A stretch of 64,000 nt of DNA from an uncultured Methanomassiliicoccales archaeon (GTDB lineage: Archaea > Thermoplasmatota > Thermoplasmata > Methanomassiliicoccales > Methanomethylophilaceae), in NCBI GenBank assembly GCA_934702355.1, contig CAKUXX010000006.1, forward strand, positions 73,776-137,775, given 5' to 3'. Position numbers and translations under genes: made by a program. The notes below the pieces were generated by a model, which was given only the letters and a program-made list of their open reading frames with translations, searched no databases and was not told the origin of the DNA. Position 1 is the first letter of the stretch; every line of letters begins with the position of its first letter. Positions 46,503 through 57,137 of the stretch are shown in pieces.

Positions 46503-46669
46503 CAGCCTACTACCTCGAGGATCTCGCCTTTAACTTCTCCGACTCCGCCCTTGGGGACGATGAGTGCGGATCCGCAGACGTGGCAGGTGACCTTTGTGGC
46601 CGCCTTCCTGAAGGCGATCTGCTCATTGGCACAGTCGGGGCATTTGATCTTGATGAAATCTCCAGTCAT
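46502..46669 (-). CDS. rps27e: 30S ribosomal protein S27e (eS27); not in the supplied ORF track because it is under 60 aa
   Basis: My translation of the minus strand gives MTGDFIKIKCPDCANEQIAFRKAATKVTCHVCGSALIVPKGGVGEVKGEILEVVG, a C4 zinc ribbon. Its stop overlaps the aIF2-alpha ATG (TGATG). Confidence 0.85.
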   Translation of the reverse strand: MTGDFIKIKCPDCANEQIAFRKAATKVTCHVCGSALIVPKGGVGEVKGEILEVVG

Positions 46670-46674
46670 TCAAA

Positions 46675-46953
46675 TCACTCCGTGAGCTCGAATTTCTTAG
46701 CGCGAATGCAGGGGGAGATGTTGGCCTTCTTGCACTGGGTGCATCTGTACCTGAGGTTGATCCTCTTGGTGGGCTTTTCCCTTCCTTCAGGCTTAGGCCT
46801 GGGGAAACCTCCGTAACCGGCGGTAACCTTTCTGAATCTCCTCTGACCCCATTTGAGCTCGCTGGCTTTCTTCTTCTTGACCCTCTCGACTTCCTGCTCG
46901 GTGTGAGCCTTGCAGTAGGGACAGTATCTTTTAATGGTCCTGGGCATCTTCAT
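46675..46953 (-). CDS. rpl44e: 50S ribosomal protein L44e (eL42)
   Basis: MKMPRTIKRYCPYCKAHTEQEV..RYRCTQCKKA. AAGGTGAT lies 7 nt before the ATG. Confidence 0.93.
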   Translation of the reverse strand: MKMPRTIKRYCPYCKAHTEQEVERVKKKKASELKWGQRRFRKVTAGYGGFPRPKPEGREKPTKRINLRYRCTQCKKANISPCIRAKKFELTE

Positions 46954-47000
46954 TATAAATCACCTTTAATGTGAATCGAAACGTGCTAATAACGAGGTCA

Positions 47001-47009
47001 TATTTAAAA
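47001..47009 (-). promoter_or_regulatory. Candidate TATA box for the L44e-S27e-aIF2a-Nop10 operon
   Basis: TTTTAAATA on the minus strand, about 50 nt upstream of the L44e ATG. Confidence 0.4.
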
Positions 47010-47054
47010 GATATCCATTGTCTACGGTATGTTACGACGTGTATAATCCACAAG

Positions 47055-47759
47055 TCACTCATTACCGGACAGGGCATCATGCATACGGGTCACTTTGCCG
47101 TCCTCGTCGCACATCATCACGTCGAATGCGGTGTTCAGGAACAGTCCGTTCTCGACGACTCCGGGGATCACATCGATCCTCGACTCGAGGAAGAACGGGT
47201 TGTCGATCCCCTGGGGGAACCTGCAGTCGTAGATGTAGTTCCCTCCGTCCGTGACGAACGGGACTCCGTCCTTCATCCTGAGGACGGGCTCGCATCCCTG
47301 CCTCTTCAGAGCAAAGCATGTGTGCTTGTGACCGAACCTCAGGACCTCCACCGGAAGCGGTGCCTTGGTCCCGAGCTTCTCGACCTTCTTGGATGAATCT
47401 GCGATGATGATCTCTTTGACGGTGGCGGCCGCCACGATCTTCTCTCTCAGCAGTGCTCCGCCGAGTCCCTTGATGAGCTGCATCTTGGGATCGACCTCGT
47501 CTGCGCCGTCGATCGTGATATCGAGTTTGTCGACCTCGTCTAGTTCAACTACCTTGATCCCGCAGTCCTTGGCGAGGGTCTCGCTGTTCACGGACGTGGC
47601 CACGCATGTGAGGTCATAGCCCTCCGAAACCAGTTCGCCTATGCGCTTGATGGCAAAATATGCCGTGGAACCTGTTCCAAGGCCGACATTCATGCCGTCT
47701 TTGACATATGTGTCCACTGCTGTCTCAGCCACGATCCTCTTCATCTCTGCAGCATCCAT
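47055..47759 (-). CDS. rpiA: Ribose-5-phosphate isomerase A
   Basis: VGLGTGSTA, IDGADEVD, KGLGGALLREK. Confidence 0.93.
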   Translation of the reverse strand: MDAAEMKRIVAETAVDTYVKDGMNVGLGTGSTAYFAIKRIGELVSEGYDLTCVATSVNSETLAKDCGIKVVELDEVDKLDITIDGADEVDPKMQLIKGLGGALLREKIVAAATVKEIIIADSSKKVEKLGTKAPLPVEVLRFGHKHTCFALKRQGCEPVLRMKDGVPFVTDGGNYIYDCRFPQGIDNPFFLESRIDVIPGVVENGLFLNTAFDVMMCDEDGKVTRMHDALSGNE

Positions 47760-47857
47760 GGTAGTTCGCTCCGGATTCCTCCATGCGGTCCCTATAATAA
47801 TAATTGATTATGGGCCGTCTCCGAAGGATTGAAGATTATCATGTCATCCGCATCAGC

Positions 47858-48535
47858 ATGAGGTTAGCATCCCTGTACTCGGGCGGCAAGGATTCCACAT
47901 TTGCACTCTATCTCGCAGAGCAGATGGGTCACGATGTGCCGTATCTGGTGAATATAATGCCCGAGGACGAGGCCTCTTGGATCTTCCACACCCCCAATCT
48001 TGGCATGGTGCCCCTTATGGCCCGTTCGATGGGGAAGGAGCTGATCACCGCTCCGAGCACAGGCTCCGAGGAAGGGGACATGGAGGGACTCAGGAACGCC
48101 CTGGAAGGTCTCGACGTGGAAGGCGTGGTGACGGGTGCGATATGGTCCGATTATCAGTGGGACCGTATGAACATCGTCTGCGGGGATCTCGGATTGAAGG
48201 TGATCACGCCCCTCTGGCGGAAGGACCAGGACTATCTGATGGAGCAGTTCCTCGATTCCGGTATATCCTCGATCATAGTCGGGTGCTACGCGGAAGGATT
48301 GGACGAGAGCTGGCTCGGACGCAGCATCGATCGCGAATCCGTCGAGGAGCTGAAGGCCCTCCGCGAGACATACGGCATCTCTATAATGGGAGAGGGCGGG
48401 GAGTATGAATCCCTCACCATCGATTCCCCGATGCATTCCGCACCGCTCTCCATCGACGGTTACGATGTCGAATGGAAGCGCGGCGCGGGCACAATGAAGA
48501 TCACTTCCGCATCGCTGGCGGAGAGAAAGATCTGA
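47858..48535 (+). CDS. Diphthine-ammonia ligase-like PP-loop ATPase (MJ0570/Dph6 family)
   Basis: [14 protein letters not shown] (PP-loop), [19 protein letters not shown] at 47858. Confidence 0.8.
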   Translation: MRLASLYSGGKDSTFALYLAEQMGHDVPYLVNIMPEDEASWIFHTPNLGMVPLMARSMGKELITAPSTGSEEGDMEGLRNALEGLDVEGVVTGAIWSDYQWDRMNIVCGDLGLKVITPLWRKDQDYLMEQFLDSGISSIIVGCYAEGLDESWLGRSIDRESVEELKALRETYGISIMGEGGEYESLTIDSPMHSAPLSIDGYDVEWKRGAGTMKITSASLAERKI

Positions 48536-50699
48536 GCCTCATGGCATTGCTCACAACGGAGATCGAGGACAGCGACATCGCCAGTGCGGACAGCATCGGC
48601 ATCTGATCGACCAGTCCGTCGTATCCCAGCAGCACGGGCAGTCCGGCCGCTATGGGTATGCATACCGCATTGTAGCAGAATGCGAAGAACAGGTTCTCCT
48701 TGATGTTGCGGAGTGTGGCGGAGCCTATCTCCAGGGCGGACGGCACGCTGCGGAGGTCGTCGTTCATCATCACGATGTCCGCGGATTCCACGGCTATGTC
48801 CGTTCCGGAACCGACTGCAATCCCGAGGTCCGCCTGCGTCAGTGCGGGGGCATCGTTGATTCCATCTCCGGTCATCGCGACCATGGCCTGTCTCACTTGG
48901 AGGTCCTTGACTATCTCCAGCTTGTTGCCGGGCTTCATCTCGGCATGGACCTCTTCGATCCCTATGCGTTCGGCGATCGATTCGGCGGTCGCCTTCCTGT
49001 CGCCGGTGACCATCATCACTCTGATTCCGTCATCCTTCAGCGACGATATCGCTTCGGGACTCTCGGGGCGTATGGGGTCCTCGATCGAGACGGAGCATGC
49101 ATACTTTCCGTCGATCGCCATGTGGATCACGGTGCATGTTCCGGAATGGGGTTCCACCTCTGACGGGACGTCGATGCCGAGAGATCCGAGGAAGTTCCCG
49201 CTTCCAACGACGATATTTTTTCCTTCTACAAGGCACCTGATCCCTTCACCGGTCATGCTCTCGAAACCGCTGTGGTCCGGAACGGCGACCCCTTTGGATT
49301 CGGCATATCTGACGATGGCCTTCGCATAGGGGTGTTCGGAATCCGATTCAGCCGCAGCCATAAGCCCGAGGTGTTCCTCGGATGTCATCGACACGACCTC
49401 CGGGTGGCCGACGGTGCATGTGCCCGTCTTGTCCAGGATGACCGTATCGACCTTGGCCGCAGCTTCCAGCGAAGCGGCCGTCTTGTAGAGGATGCCGTGT
49501 TTGGAACCGACCCCCGTACCGATGACAATCGCCAAAGGCGTGGCCAATCCCAACGCGCACGGGCACGATATCACCAGAACGGATATCGCGATCTTGATGC
49601 AGAACTGAGGATCGCGACCCGATATCAGCCATCCGATCCCCGCAAGGAGCGCTATGACGATGACCGTCGGGACGAATATCGTGGACACCCTGTCGGCGAT
49701 GCCCGCAACAGGGGCCTTTGTGCTCTGTGCAGTCTCCATCATGCGGGCTATCTGGAACAGGACGGAGTCTTCTCCAATCTTCTCCACACGGGCCTTCATG
49801 CTGCCTGCGCCGTTCACTGTGGCGCCGTAGAGGACATCTCCTGTGGTCTTGCTCACCGGGACGCTTTCCCCGGTGAGCATGGATTCGTCCACCGTGGACT
49901 CCCCTGATATGACCGTGGAATCCGCAGGCACTTTGGAACCCGGTCTGATGAGTACGATGTCCCCGACGACCAGTTCGGACGACGGGATCCTGTGTTCGAC
50001 CCCATCTCTAATGACCGAAGCCTCGTCGGGCGCAAGCGACAGGAGCTTCCTCAGGGAATCGTTGGTGCGCATCCTGGATCTGGCCTCAAGGTATTTTCCG
50101 ACGCTCACCAGTGAAATTATCATACCGACGGAGTCGAAGCTCAGGCTGTGGACCGCATGCATATTGCCGGTGTACACCTCGTAGGTCCCGTAGATCCCCA
50201 GGGAAAGCGATGCCAATGTCCCCAACGACACGAGCGAGTCCATGGTGGGGCTCTTGGAGAACAGTGCGGGGATCCCCTTCTTGTAGAATCTCCTCCCGCC
50301 GTACATTATAGGTATGCACAGGAACAGCTGGACAAGGCATATCGACAGGGATCCCAAGGGGATGTCCAGGCCGAACATGTGCCCCATGGCGATTATGCTG
50401 AGCGGTATTGTGAATAAGATTGAGATGAGGAGGTCCCTCAGCTGTATCCTGAGAGCCTTCTCCTCTTCCTTGGAAGCGTTGAGTATGTTGTCGTCGACGA
50501 CGGTGTATCCCGCATCCTCGATCGCACGGACTATCCTGTCCTCGCTGACGATTTCGGGATCGTACTCGACCGTGGCGGTGTTGCTTCCGATGTTGGCCGA
50601 TGCCGATGAGACGCCGTCGATCGCGGTCACTGCGCTCTCGATCCTTCCGACGCATGCGGCACAGCTCATTCCGCCTATACGGAACGTGCGGGTGATCAT
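48501..50699 (-). CDS. copA: Copper-translocating P-type ATPase
   Basis: N-terminal HMA domain GMSCAACV, then [21 protein letters not shown] at 50699; the ORF-track extension is upstream read-through. Confidence 0.93.
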   Translation of the reverse strand: MITRTFRIGGMSCAACVGRIESAVTAIDGVSSASANIGSNTATVEYDPEIVSEDRIVRAIEDAGYTVVDDNILNASKEEEKALRIQLRDLLISILFTIPLSIIAMGHMFGLDIPLGSLSICLVQLFLCIPIMYGGRRFYKKGIPALFSKSPTMDSLVSLGTLASLSLGIYGTYEVYTGNMHAVHSLSFDSVGMIISLVSVGKYLEARSRMRTNDSLRKLLSLAPDEASVIRDGVEHRIPSSELVVGDIVLIRPGSKVPADSTVISGESTVDESMLTGESVPVSKTTGDVLYGATVNGAGSMKARVEKIGEDSVLFQIARMMETAQSTKAPVAGIADRVSTIFVPTVIVIALLAGIGWLISGRDPQFCIKIAISVLVISCPCALGLATPLAIVIGTGVGSKHGILYKTAASLEAAAKVDTVILDKTGTCTVGHPEVVSMTSEEHLGLMAAAESDSEHPYAKAIVRYAESKGVAVPDHSGFESMTGEGIRCLVEGKNIVVGSGNFLGSLGIDVPSEVEPHSGTCTVIHMAIDGKYACSVSIEDPIRPESPEAISSLKDDGIRVMMVTGDRKATAESIAERIGIEEVHAEMKPGNKLEIVKDLQVRQAMVAMTGDGINDAPALTQADLGIAVGSGTDIAVESADIVMMNDDLRSVPSALEIGSATLRNIKENLFFAFCYNAVCIPIAAGLPVLLGYDGLVDQMPMLSALAMSLSSISVVSNAMRLRSFSPPAMRK

Positions 50700-50917
50700 G
50701 AGAACAGGCCGCGTTTGACGGATGCCCTGAATCCGGAGTCTACGACGGACCTGATGAGGGCATCGTCCGAGACCCCGTTGTGGATGGCAGTCGCAGTTCC
50801 CTTTTTCAGATCGACCGTGACGGATTCGACGCCGTCGACCTTCTCGAGGCCTTCCTTGACCGTCTTGACACAGCCTTCGCACATCATTCCTTCGATCTTC
50901 AGGGTTGTTTTGGACAT
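50696..50917 (-). CDS. copZ: Heavy-metal-associated copper chaperone
   Basis: 73 aa with [12 protein letters not shown] overlap with copA. Confidence 0.85.
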   Translation of the reverse strand: MSKTTLKIEGMMCEGCVKTVKEGLEKVDGVESVTVDLKKGTATAIHNGVSDDALIRSVVDSGFRASVKRGLFS

Positions 50918-50964
50918 GGCACGCGAATCGGATCCATATTATTTAAGTAAGCCTAAAAACAAGT

Positions 50965-51465
50965 TCAAGCGAACCTGACGAATTCCTCCATGCCCTTCCT
51001 GACGCCGTGGTTCCTGGACGTGGTGTCCGCCTTGTATCCAACCGCCAGTATGCTGATCGGGGTCAGGTTCCCAAGACCGAAGGCGGACGAGATCTTATCG
51101 GGATCGAACATCCCTATCCACACGCTTCCGAGTCCGAGTTCCTCGGCCCTGTACATCATCTGGGTGGTGACGATGGCCGCATCGGTCTTGCCTATGTGCT
51201 TCCCGGTGTACGGGCTCTCCCACGAATTCTCCATATCGACGCAGACGATGAGCGCAAGCGGCGCACCGTACGGGTTGCAGGCTCCGTTCACCTTGCTCAG
51301 GCCCTGCTCGGTGCGCACGGCGACGACCGATACCGGCTGGAGGTTCTTGGCGCTGGGCGACATGCGTCCGGCCTCAAGGATCTCGGTGACCAGATCGTCC
51401 GGCACGGGTTCTGATGTGTAGGCTCTGCAGGAGTACCTGCTCTTGACAAGTTCCGAATAATCCAT
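50965..51465 (-). CDS. Nitroreductase family protein
   Basis: RYSCRAYTSEPVP..ILEAGRMSPSAKNLQP.. Confidence 0.85.
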   Translation of the reverse strand: MDYSELVKSRYSCRAYTSEPVPDDLVTEILEAGRMSPSAKNLQPVSVVAVRTEQGLSKVNGACNPYGAPLALIVCVDMENSWESPYTGKHIGKTDAAIVTTQMMYRAEELGLGSVWIGMFDPDKISSAFGLGNLTPISILAVGYKADTTSRNHGVRKGMEEFVRFA

Positions 51466-51474
51466 GATATCCCC

Positions 51475-54400
51475 TCAGTGGGCCCTCTCGATGGCCTGGA
51501 CGATCCTGGCGATCTCCTTCTCGGGATCCTTCCACATTCCGGGGGTCCAGACCCTGTGTATCTTCCATCCTCTGGATTCGAGGTATTTCTGCCTGTGATA
51601 GTCCCTCTCCCTTGTGGAGGACGACATCTCGTACAGCCTGCTGTCGCATTCGATCCCGAGGATGTACTTGTCGTTCTGCTTGACCGCCAGGTCGATCTGG
51701 TATCCTCCGATTCCGACATTCCTCTCGACGGTGTATCCCTTGCGCGTGAGGGCGTTGAACACCCTGTCTGCGATGCGTCCGGAGTCGAACTCCTCGGCGG
51801 TCTTCCAGCGGTCGTCGCCGAAGGAATGGAGTATGGAATCCGCAAGGTCCCTGTTCCCTCTGCTGACGGCGTTCGCATACTGGAGGTATCTCTTCAGAAT
51901 CCTGGGGCCCTCGTTCTTGGTCTCCTCGACCTGGAGGTCCTCCGGATCGAAGGATGTGACGATGAAGATCTTCTTCTTGGCCCTGGAGATGGCGACGTTG
52001 AGACGGTTCTCTCCGCCGCGGTTGTTGAGCCATCCGAACCTCTGCATCAGCCTGCCCTCGGCATTCTTGGCGTATCCGACGGAGAATATGATGACATCCC
52101 TCTCGTCTCCCTGGACGCTCTCGATGTTCTTGATGAACAGACCGACATCCTCTCCGTTGTCGAACCTCTTGGATTCGTCCGCGACCATCTTCCCGAATCC
52201 GGGATCGTTGGCGCATTCCTCATCGATCACATCGTTGATGAGGTCCCTCTGGGACGCATTGAACGTGATTATGCCGACGGTCTCGTTGTTCTTCCTGTGT
52301 ATGAAGAACTCTTTCAGGATCGACAGGATCTTCTGGGCCTCGGCGCGGTTGGACTTATCCTCCCACATTCCGTTTACCTTGAACACCTCTATCGGAGGCC
52401 TCTCGGGCTCCTCGACATTGGGGGAGACGTACAGTCTTCCGCCGTAGAACGCGTAGTTGGAGAATGCTATCAGCTCCTCGTACTTGGAACGGTAGTGGAA
52501 GTTCAGCAGGATGGAGTCGTATCTCGCGCGGGCCAGGTCCAGGAGACTCTCCTCCTCGAGGGCCGCGGACACGATGTCCTCCTCGTCATCCTCGTCGCTG
52601 TCGTACTCGATCCTTCCGACTCCCAGCGAGGACGGGCGCAGCTGCTTGTGGTCGCCTGCGACGACGACCTTCTTCGCCCTGTAGATCGACGGTATGCCCT
52701 TCTCGACATACATCTGCGACGCCTCGTCGAAGATCAGCATGTCGAATATGCCCATCTCCAGCGGGAGGATCTCCGATACGACTTCGGGGGTGAGCAGCCA
52801 GACGCGGACACCTTTGAACAGTTCGTATCCGTACCTGGAGACGAACTTGTTGATGTTCCACTTCCTCTTGGATTCTATGATTCTGTTGATGTCCCCGCGC
52901 CTCTTGGACTCGGTGATGTACTTCAGGTTCTCCCTGAACACGTCCTCGGCCTTCTCCTTGGACATGTTCCTCTTGAGCTCGATCCTGCGGTCCATGTCCG
53001 CGATGATGCTCTCGAAATCCCAGATCTCCTGCATGATGTCCTTGTGTGCGGCGTCGAACTTCTGCAGGTGGTCGTTCAGGATCCAGGTGTACATCCTGTC
53101 GTTGGAATCCGGATAGGACATCTTCGTGGCGGAGGAGATGTTCAGGACATCGCCGACGTACGTGCGCTCGTCCGGGGAGAGTCTGCTGTACACGGTGGCC
53201 CTGGACGAGTATGTTCCGTATCCGTCCAGGGCGTTGAACATCCCCTTGGGGTCGGACATGATCTTGTCGACGGTGTGCTTGTTGTAGTTGTCGAAGTATT
53301 TCCCGGTGAGTGCGGTGGCCTCGCGCTCGACCTTACCTTTGTTGAACAGCCTTCCTAGGAATCCCTTGGAGTTGAGCTCGCTGATCTGCTTGTCCAGGTC
53401 GAGGAGGTTGGCCCTCATCTCGCCTATGTCGAACTCCGACAGGTCGGATCTCATCTGCGTCATCCACGGGTTCTGCTCGGTCAGCTGCTTGTACTCGTTG
53501 ACGTTCCTCATCAGGGTCTGGTCGCCGAACTTCCTGTGGAGTTCGGTGACGTCCTTGTACCTGAGTGCGAGGACGGACGCATCTATGCATGCCTTCAGCG
53601 TGCGGTACTCCTCTATCTGACGGCCGTCGTTGGGGTCCAGCCATCTGTCCATGGAGTACAGCTTGTACGGCTCTATGCCGAATTCGCAGGGGCTGTACAT
53701 CGTCTTGGCGATGTTGTCGAGGATGGAGACATCCTTGTCGATGCCCTCGGACACGGCATCCAGATCAACGGTGCCTTTGGGCTCCCCGGAGTCAAGCATC
53801 CTTGCCAGCTGTTTGTAGAAAAGCTCCTTGTTACCCACGTCGTCGATCAGCAGGCAGTACTTGGACAGCGTGCCCATACGGGAGTAGACGACATCCAGCG
53901 CGGTCTTCTTCTCGGATACCATCAGGACGGTCTTCCCTTTGATGACAGCGGATGTTATCAGTCCGGTTATGACCTGGGATTTCCCGGTCCCCGGAGGTCC
54001 CTGGACGACGATCTCGTCGCCCTTGTCCATGGCGGTGAGGATGTTCTCCTGCGAGCTGTTGAGCGAATTGATGTAGACCAGGTCCTTCTCGGATGCCGTC
54101 AGACCCTTGCTCTCGAGCTCGCGCTCGGAGAGCGGGGCAGGGGAATCCGACAGGAAATCACTCTTGTTGAGGTCCACGATGAGATCGTTCAGGATCCCGT
54201 TGATCTCACGTCCGGCCAGCATCCCGTCGAAGTCCTTCTGGATGGAACTTGAGTATGTGGGGTACTTCCCGACCATGATGTTGGGGACCATCTCCATGTC
54301 CCCTGCCAGGTACTTGGGGAACTCCCCCGCCTTGTATTCCACGAAAGGCACAGGCAGGCTGTAGTTCGTGATCAGCTTGATACCGTTCTGCTCGTAGAAC

Positions 54401-55197
54401 TCGACCAGGTTCGTCAGGAAGTTCTCCCCGGTGTAGTCTTCGATGATGTTGTCCGGGAGCGGCCTGTTCTGGCCGAGGGATTTGATGAACCCGAGGATCA
54501 GGGTGTTGTTGTAGATGGCATCTCTGGAATTGTCTAGGGAGAGGGAGATCGTCCTGGAGTCCTTCTCCATGATGACCGGGAACAGCGCCAGCGGGGCACG
54601 GACATCGATATCGTTGTCAGGCATCTTCCCCTGGACGAACGGGTATGCGATGTACAGGTCGTACTGACCCTTGTCCCTCTGCTCGCGAGAAACCTCACGG
54701 ATGATCTCGTTGAGATGCCTGTACACCTTGGCGGCCTCCGTGCTCTTGGCGGAGTCGCACAGCTTGAGGACCCTCTTCCTTCCGAAGAGGAGGCCCATGA
54801 CGTCCACATCGGGCAGCGTCATGAGGTCGAAAGCGTTCTTCCTGGAGATCTTGGGTTGGAATATCAGGCGGTTCCCTTTGCTGATGTTGATGAGCTTCTT
54901 CTCGAGCTCCCTGAGGGTCTGGGCGGAATCCGCATCGATCGATCCGCCGTTGGCCGCCGTGATGGCATATTTCCGGGTGACGCTGAGGAAATCCTCTCCG
55001 TACAGATCGACGAACCTGTCCCCGACGCCGACGATCGCCGTGAAATCCTCTGTCTTGGTGGGAACGCGCTGGGCCATCTCCCTTAGGGCCTCGTCCGGGC
55101 AGACGACGGGTATGCGTCCGCTGGACATCCTGCGTTCCTCCCTTATGCTTTCCCTGAGTGCATACAGTTCCTCGTAGAGGTCATCTTCCAATCCCAT
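51475..55197 (-). CDS. Large SF1 (Upf1-like) helicase with N-terminal HRDC-like domain and C-terminal Vsr/DUF559-like endonuclease domain
   Basis: 1240 aa. The HRDC-like N-terminus is LYALRESIREE..VVCPDEALREMAQRVPTKTEDF. A DUF4011-like region follows. Walker A is VVQGPPGTGKSQV, Walker B is LIFDEASQM, and the AAA_12-like segment is VTSFDPED/LNVAISRAKKK. The C-terminus GYTVERNVGIGGYQIDLAV..LGIECDS..RDYHRQKYLESRGWKIHRVW has a restriction-endonuclease-like fold. Confidence 0.85.
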   Translation of the reverse strand: MGLEDDLYEELYALRESIREERRMSSGRIPVVCPDEALREMAQRVPTKTEDFTAIVGVGDRFVDLYGEDFLSVTRKYAITAANGGSIDADSAQTLRELEKKLINISKGNRLIFQPKISRKNAFDLMTLPDVDVMGLLFGRKRVLKLCDSAKSTEAAKVYRHLNEIIREVSREQRDKGQYDLYIAYPFVQGKMPDNDIDVRAPLALFPVIMEKDSRTISLSLDNSRDAIYNNTLILGFIKSLGQNRPLPDNIIEDYTGENFLTNLVEFYEQNGIKLITNYSLPVPFVEYKAGEFPKYLAGDMEMVPNIMVGKYPTYSSSIQKDFDGMLAGREINGILNDLIVDLNKSDFLSDSPAPLSERELESKGLTASEKDLVYINSLNSSQENILTAMDKGDEIVVQGPPGTGKSQVITGLITSAVIKGKTVLMVSEKKTALDVVYSRMGTLSKYCLLIDDVGNKELFYKQLARMLDSGEPKGTVDLDAVSEGIDKDVSILDNIAKTMYSPCEFGIEPYKLYSMDRWLDPNDGRQIEEYRTLKACIDASVLALRYKDVTELHRKFGDQTLMRNVNEYKQLTEQNPWMTQMRSDLSEFDIGEMRANLLDLDKQISELNSKGFLGRLFNKGKVEREATALTGKYFDNYNKHTVDKIMSDPKGMFNALDGYGTYSSRATVYSRLSPDERTYVGDVLNISSATKMSYPDSNDRMYTWILNDHLQKFDAAHKDIMQEIWDFESIIADMDRRIELKRNMSKEKAEDVFRENLKYITESKRRGDINRIIESKRKWNINKFVSRYGYELFKGVRVWLLTPEVVSEILPLEMGIFDMLIFDEASQMYVEKGIPSIYRAKKVVVAGDHKQLRPSSLGVGRIEYDSDEDDEEDIVSAALEEESLLDLARARYDSILLNFHYRSKYEELIAFSNYAFYGGRLYVSPNVEEPERPPIEVFKVNGMWEDKSNRAEAQKILSILKEFFIHRKNNETVGIITFNASQRDLINDVIDEECANDPGFGKMVADESKRFDNGEDVGLFIKNIESVQGDERDVIIFSVGYAKNAEGRLMQRFGWLNNRGGENRLNVAISRAKKKIFIVTSFDPEDLQVEETKNEGPRILKRYLQYANAVSRGNRDLADSILHSFGDDRWKTAEEFDSGRIADRVFNALTRKGYTVERNVGIGGYQIDLAVKQNDKYILGIECDSRLYEMSSSTRERDYHRQKYLESRGWKIHRVWTPGMWKDPEKEIARIVQAIERAH

Positions 55198-55311
55198 AAA
55201 GGGTCATCATTGTTTCGATAATTAACCCTACGTCGGGATGCTGCGTGATGCCACGATGAAAGGGGCCGCAGACCTCCGTATCGGTTTATAGGATGGTTCG
55301 GATTACGGGCT

Positions 55312-55698
55312 ATGCTCACAACGGGTATCAAAGGACAGAAGACCGTCGCCGTGACAGAATCCAACTGCGCTTCTGGCATGCAGAGCGGGACACTCCCTGT
55401 TTTCGCCACACCGGCAATGATCGCACTCCTGGAAGGTGCCGCATTCGAGAGCGTCCAGCCGTATCTTGAGGAAGGCAGGAGCACCGTAGGCACCCATCTC
55501 GATATCGCTCATTCCTCGGCCACTCCGATAGGCATGACCGTAACCGCTTCGACGGAACTGGTGGAGATCGACAGACGCAGACTCGTCTTCAAGGTGGAGG
55601 TCACCGACGGCAAAGGGGTCATCGGCTCGGGCACCCACGAGCGTTTCATCGTCGATTGCGATAAATTCATGTCCAAGGCGGAATCGAAGCTCGAGTGA
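55312..55698 (+). CDS. Hotdog-fold thioesterase
   Basis: 128 aa. LPVFATPAMIALLEGAA..GTHLDIAHSSATPIGMTV resembles the fluoroacetyl-CoA-thioesterase-like family. Confidence 0.7.
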   Translation: MLTTGIKGQKTVAVTESNCASGMQSGTLPVFATPAMIALLEGAAFESVQPYLEEGRSTVGTHLDIAHSSATPIGMTVTASTELVEIDRRRLVFKVEVTDGKGVIGSGTHERFIVDCDKFMSKAESKLE

Positions 55699-55700
55699 GC

Positions 55701-57137
55701 TCAATCTTCGGGACTCACGTCCCTTTTTTCTTTCACAATGTATGCGCATGCCAGTGCGACGAGCGACAGTGCTATGGCGCATATTCCCGAGAACTGCATC
55801 CCGTCCATGAATGCGGATGTGGTGAGCTCCTCCAAAGGCACTCCGGATGCGCCGGAACCGATCGTCATCAGCGCTGCGAAGACGGCCGTTCCCATGGCGC
55901 TTCCCGTGTAATTCACGAACGACATCAGCGCAGAACCCATCCCGCGGTAAGATTTGGGGACATTGTCCACGATCCTTCCGGACGACGATGCCCCGCATGT
56001 CCCCCACAGAAGTCCCATGAAGACGGACATCACGATCACGGGCAGGAGTCCCATCTCCGGTCTGATGACCGTGAGCAGCACGCAGTAGACCACGTTGAAC
56101 ACCCCTGCCAGGATGGCGAACTTCCTCTTCCCTCTGCGGTCGCATGCCCTTCCGATGGGGATGCCCATGATCAGCGCGATGGCCGAAGGTATGAGGAGTA
56201 TGGAACCGCTCGCGGCGCTTCCCAGTCCCATCGGCCCGTCCAGGTAGAACGGGAGTATGTACAGAGCCCCCAGGTAGATCAGGTTGATCAGTCCGAATGC
56301 CAGGACCACGGCATCCAACTTCCAGTTCCTGAATATGGACAGGTCCAGCAGGGGGTCGGAACTGCGTCTCTCCACGATTATGAACGCGATCAGCGATATG
56401 ACGAAGACCACGGCCATCGACATGCACAGCATCCTCGATCCCGGGTCGGTCGAACGCTCGATGGCTATTATCATGGCGGTTATCGCAACGAACAGGGTCG
56501 CTGTCCCGGGCATGTCTGTATGAGCTGCCGTGCGGGTCTCCTTCGGAAGCACCTTCAGTCCGAAGAGTATCGCCAATATCCCTATGGGCACATTGACCAG
56601 GAATATCCAGTGCCAATCCGAGACCTCGGTGATTATCCCGCCTATGAACGGTCCGATCGTGTATCCTGTAGCGCTGGCAAGGGTCATCACGCCGAGGCTG
56701 AGGCCCATTATCCTGGAGGGCATGAGCTTCACACAGATTATCGGGGCTGTCGATGCCATCATTGCCGCTCCGGCACCCTGGACCACCCTGAACGCGAGGA
56801 GCATCCCGAAGTTCTCGGATATGCCGCAGAATAGCGATGCTACGGTGAACACCATGAACCCTGTCACGAAGACCTGACGGACGCGTCCCGAGTTGGCTAT
56901 CCTCCCGAATGGAAGGAGCAATCCGGCCATCATCATGATGTAGCATATGGTCACCCAGGCGACCTCGCTGAGTCCGGTGCCGAAGTATCCTGCGATCGAC
57001 GGGAGTGCGACGCTGACTATGCTTCCGTCGATACCGTTCATGAGAATGGCGCATACCATGCAGGCCAGGATAAGCGCCTCATTCCGGGTGACTCCCATCA
57101 TGTTCCCGCGATTGCTCGTTCCTGTAATTATACTCAT
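55701..57137 (-). CDS. MFS transporter, DHA2 (EmrB/QacA-like, 14 TM)
   Basis: ATG at 57137 (MSIITGTS..). LPFGRIANSGRVRQVF and FRVVQGAGAAMM motifs. ATGA overlap with the upstream gene. Confidence 0.88.
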   Translation of the reverse strand: MSIITGTSNRGNMMGVTRNEALILACMVCAILMNGIDGSIVSVALPSIAGYFGTGLSEVAWVTICYIMMMAGLLLPFGRIANSGRVRQVFVTGFMVFTVASLFCGISENFGMLLAFRVVQGAGAAMMASTAPIICVKLMPSRIMGLSLGVMTLASATGYTIGPFIGGIITEVSDWHWIFLVNVPIGILAILFGLKVLPKETRTAAHTDMPGTATLFVAITAMIIAIERSTDPGSRMLCMSMAVVFVISLIAFIIVERRSSDPLLDLSIFRNWKLDAVVLAFGLINLIYLGALYILPFYLDGPMGLGSAASGSILLIPSAIALIMGIPIGRACDRRGKRKFAILAGVFNVVYCVLLTVIRPEMGLLPVIVMSVFMGLLWGTCGASSSGRIVDNVPKSYRGMGSALMSFVNYTGSAMGTAVFAALMTIGSGASGVPLEELTTSAFMDGMQFSGICAIALSLVALACAYIVKEKRDVSPED

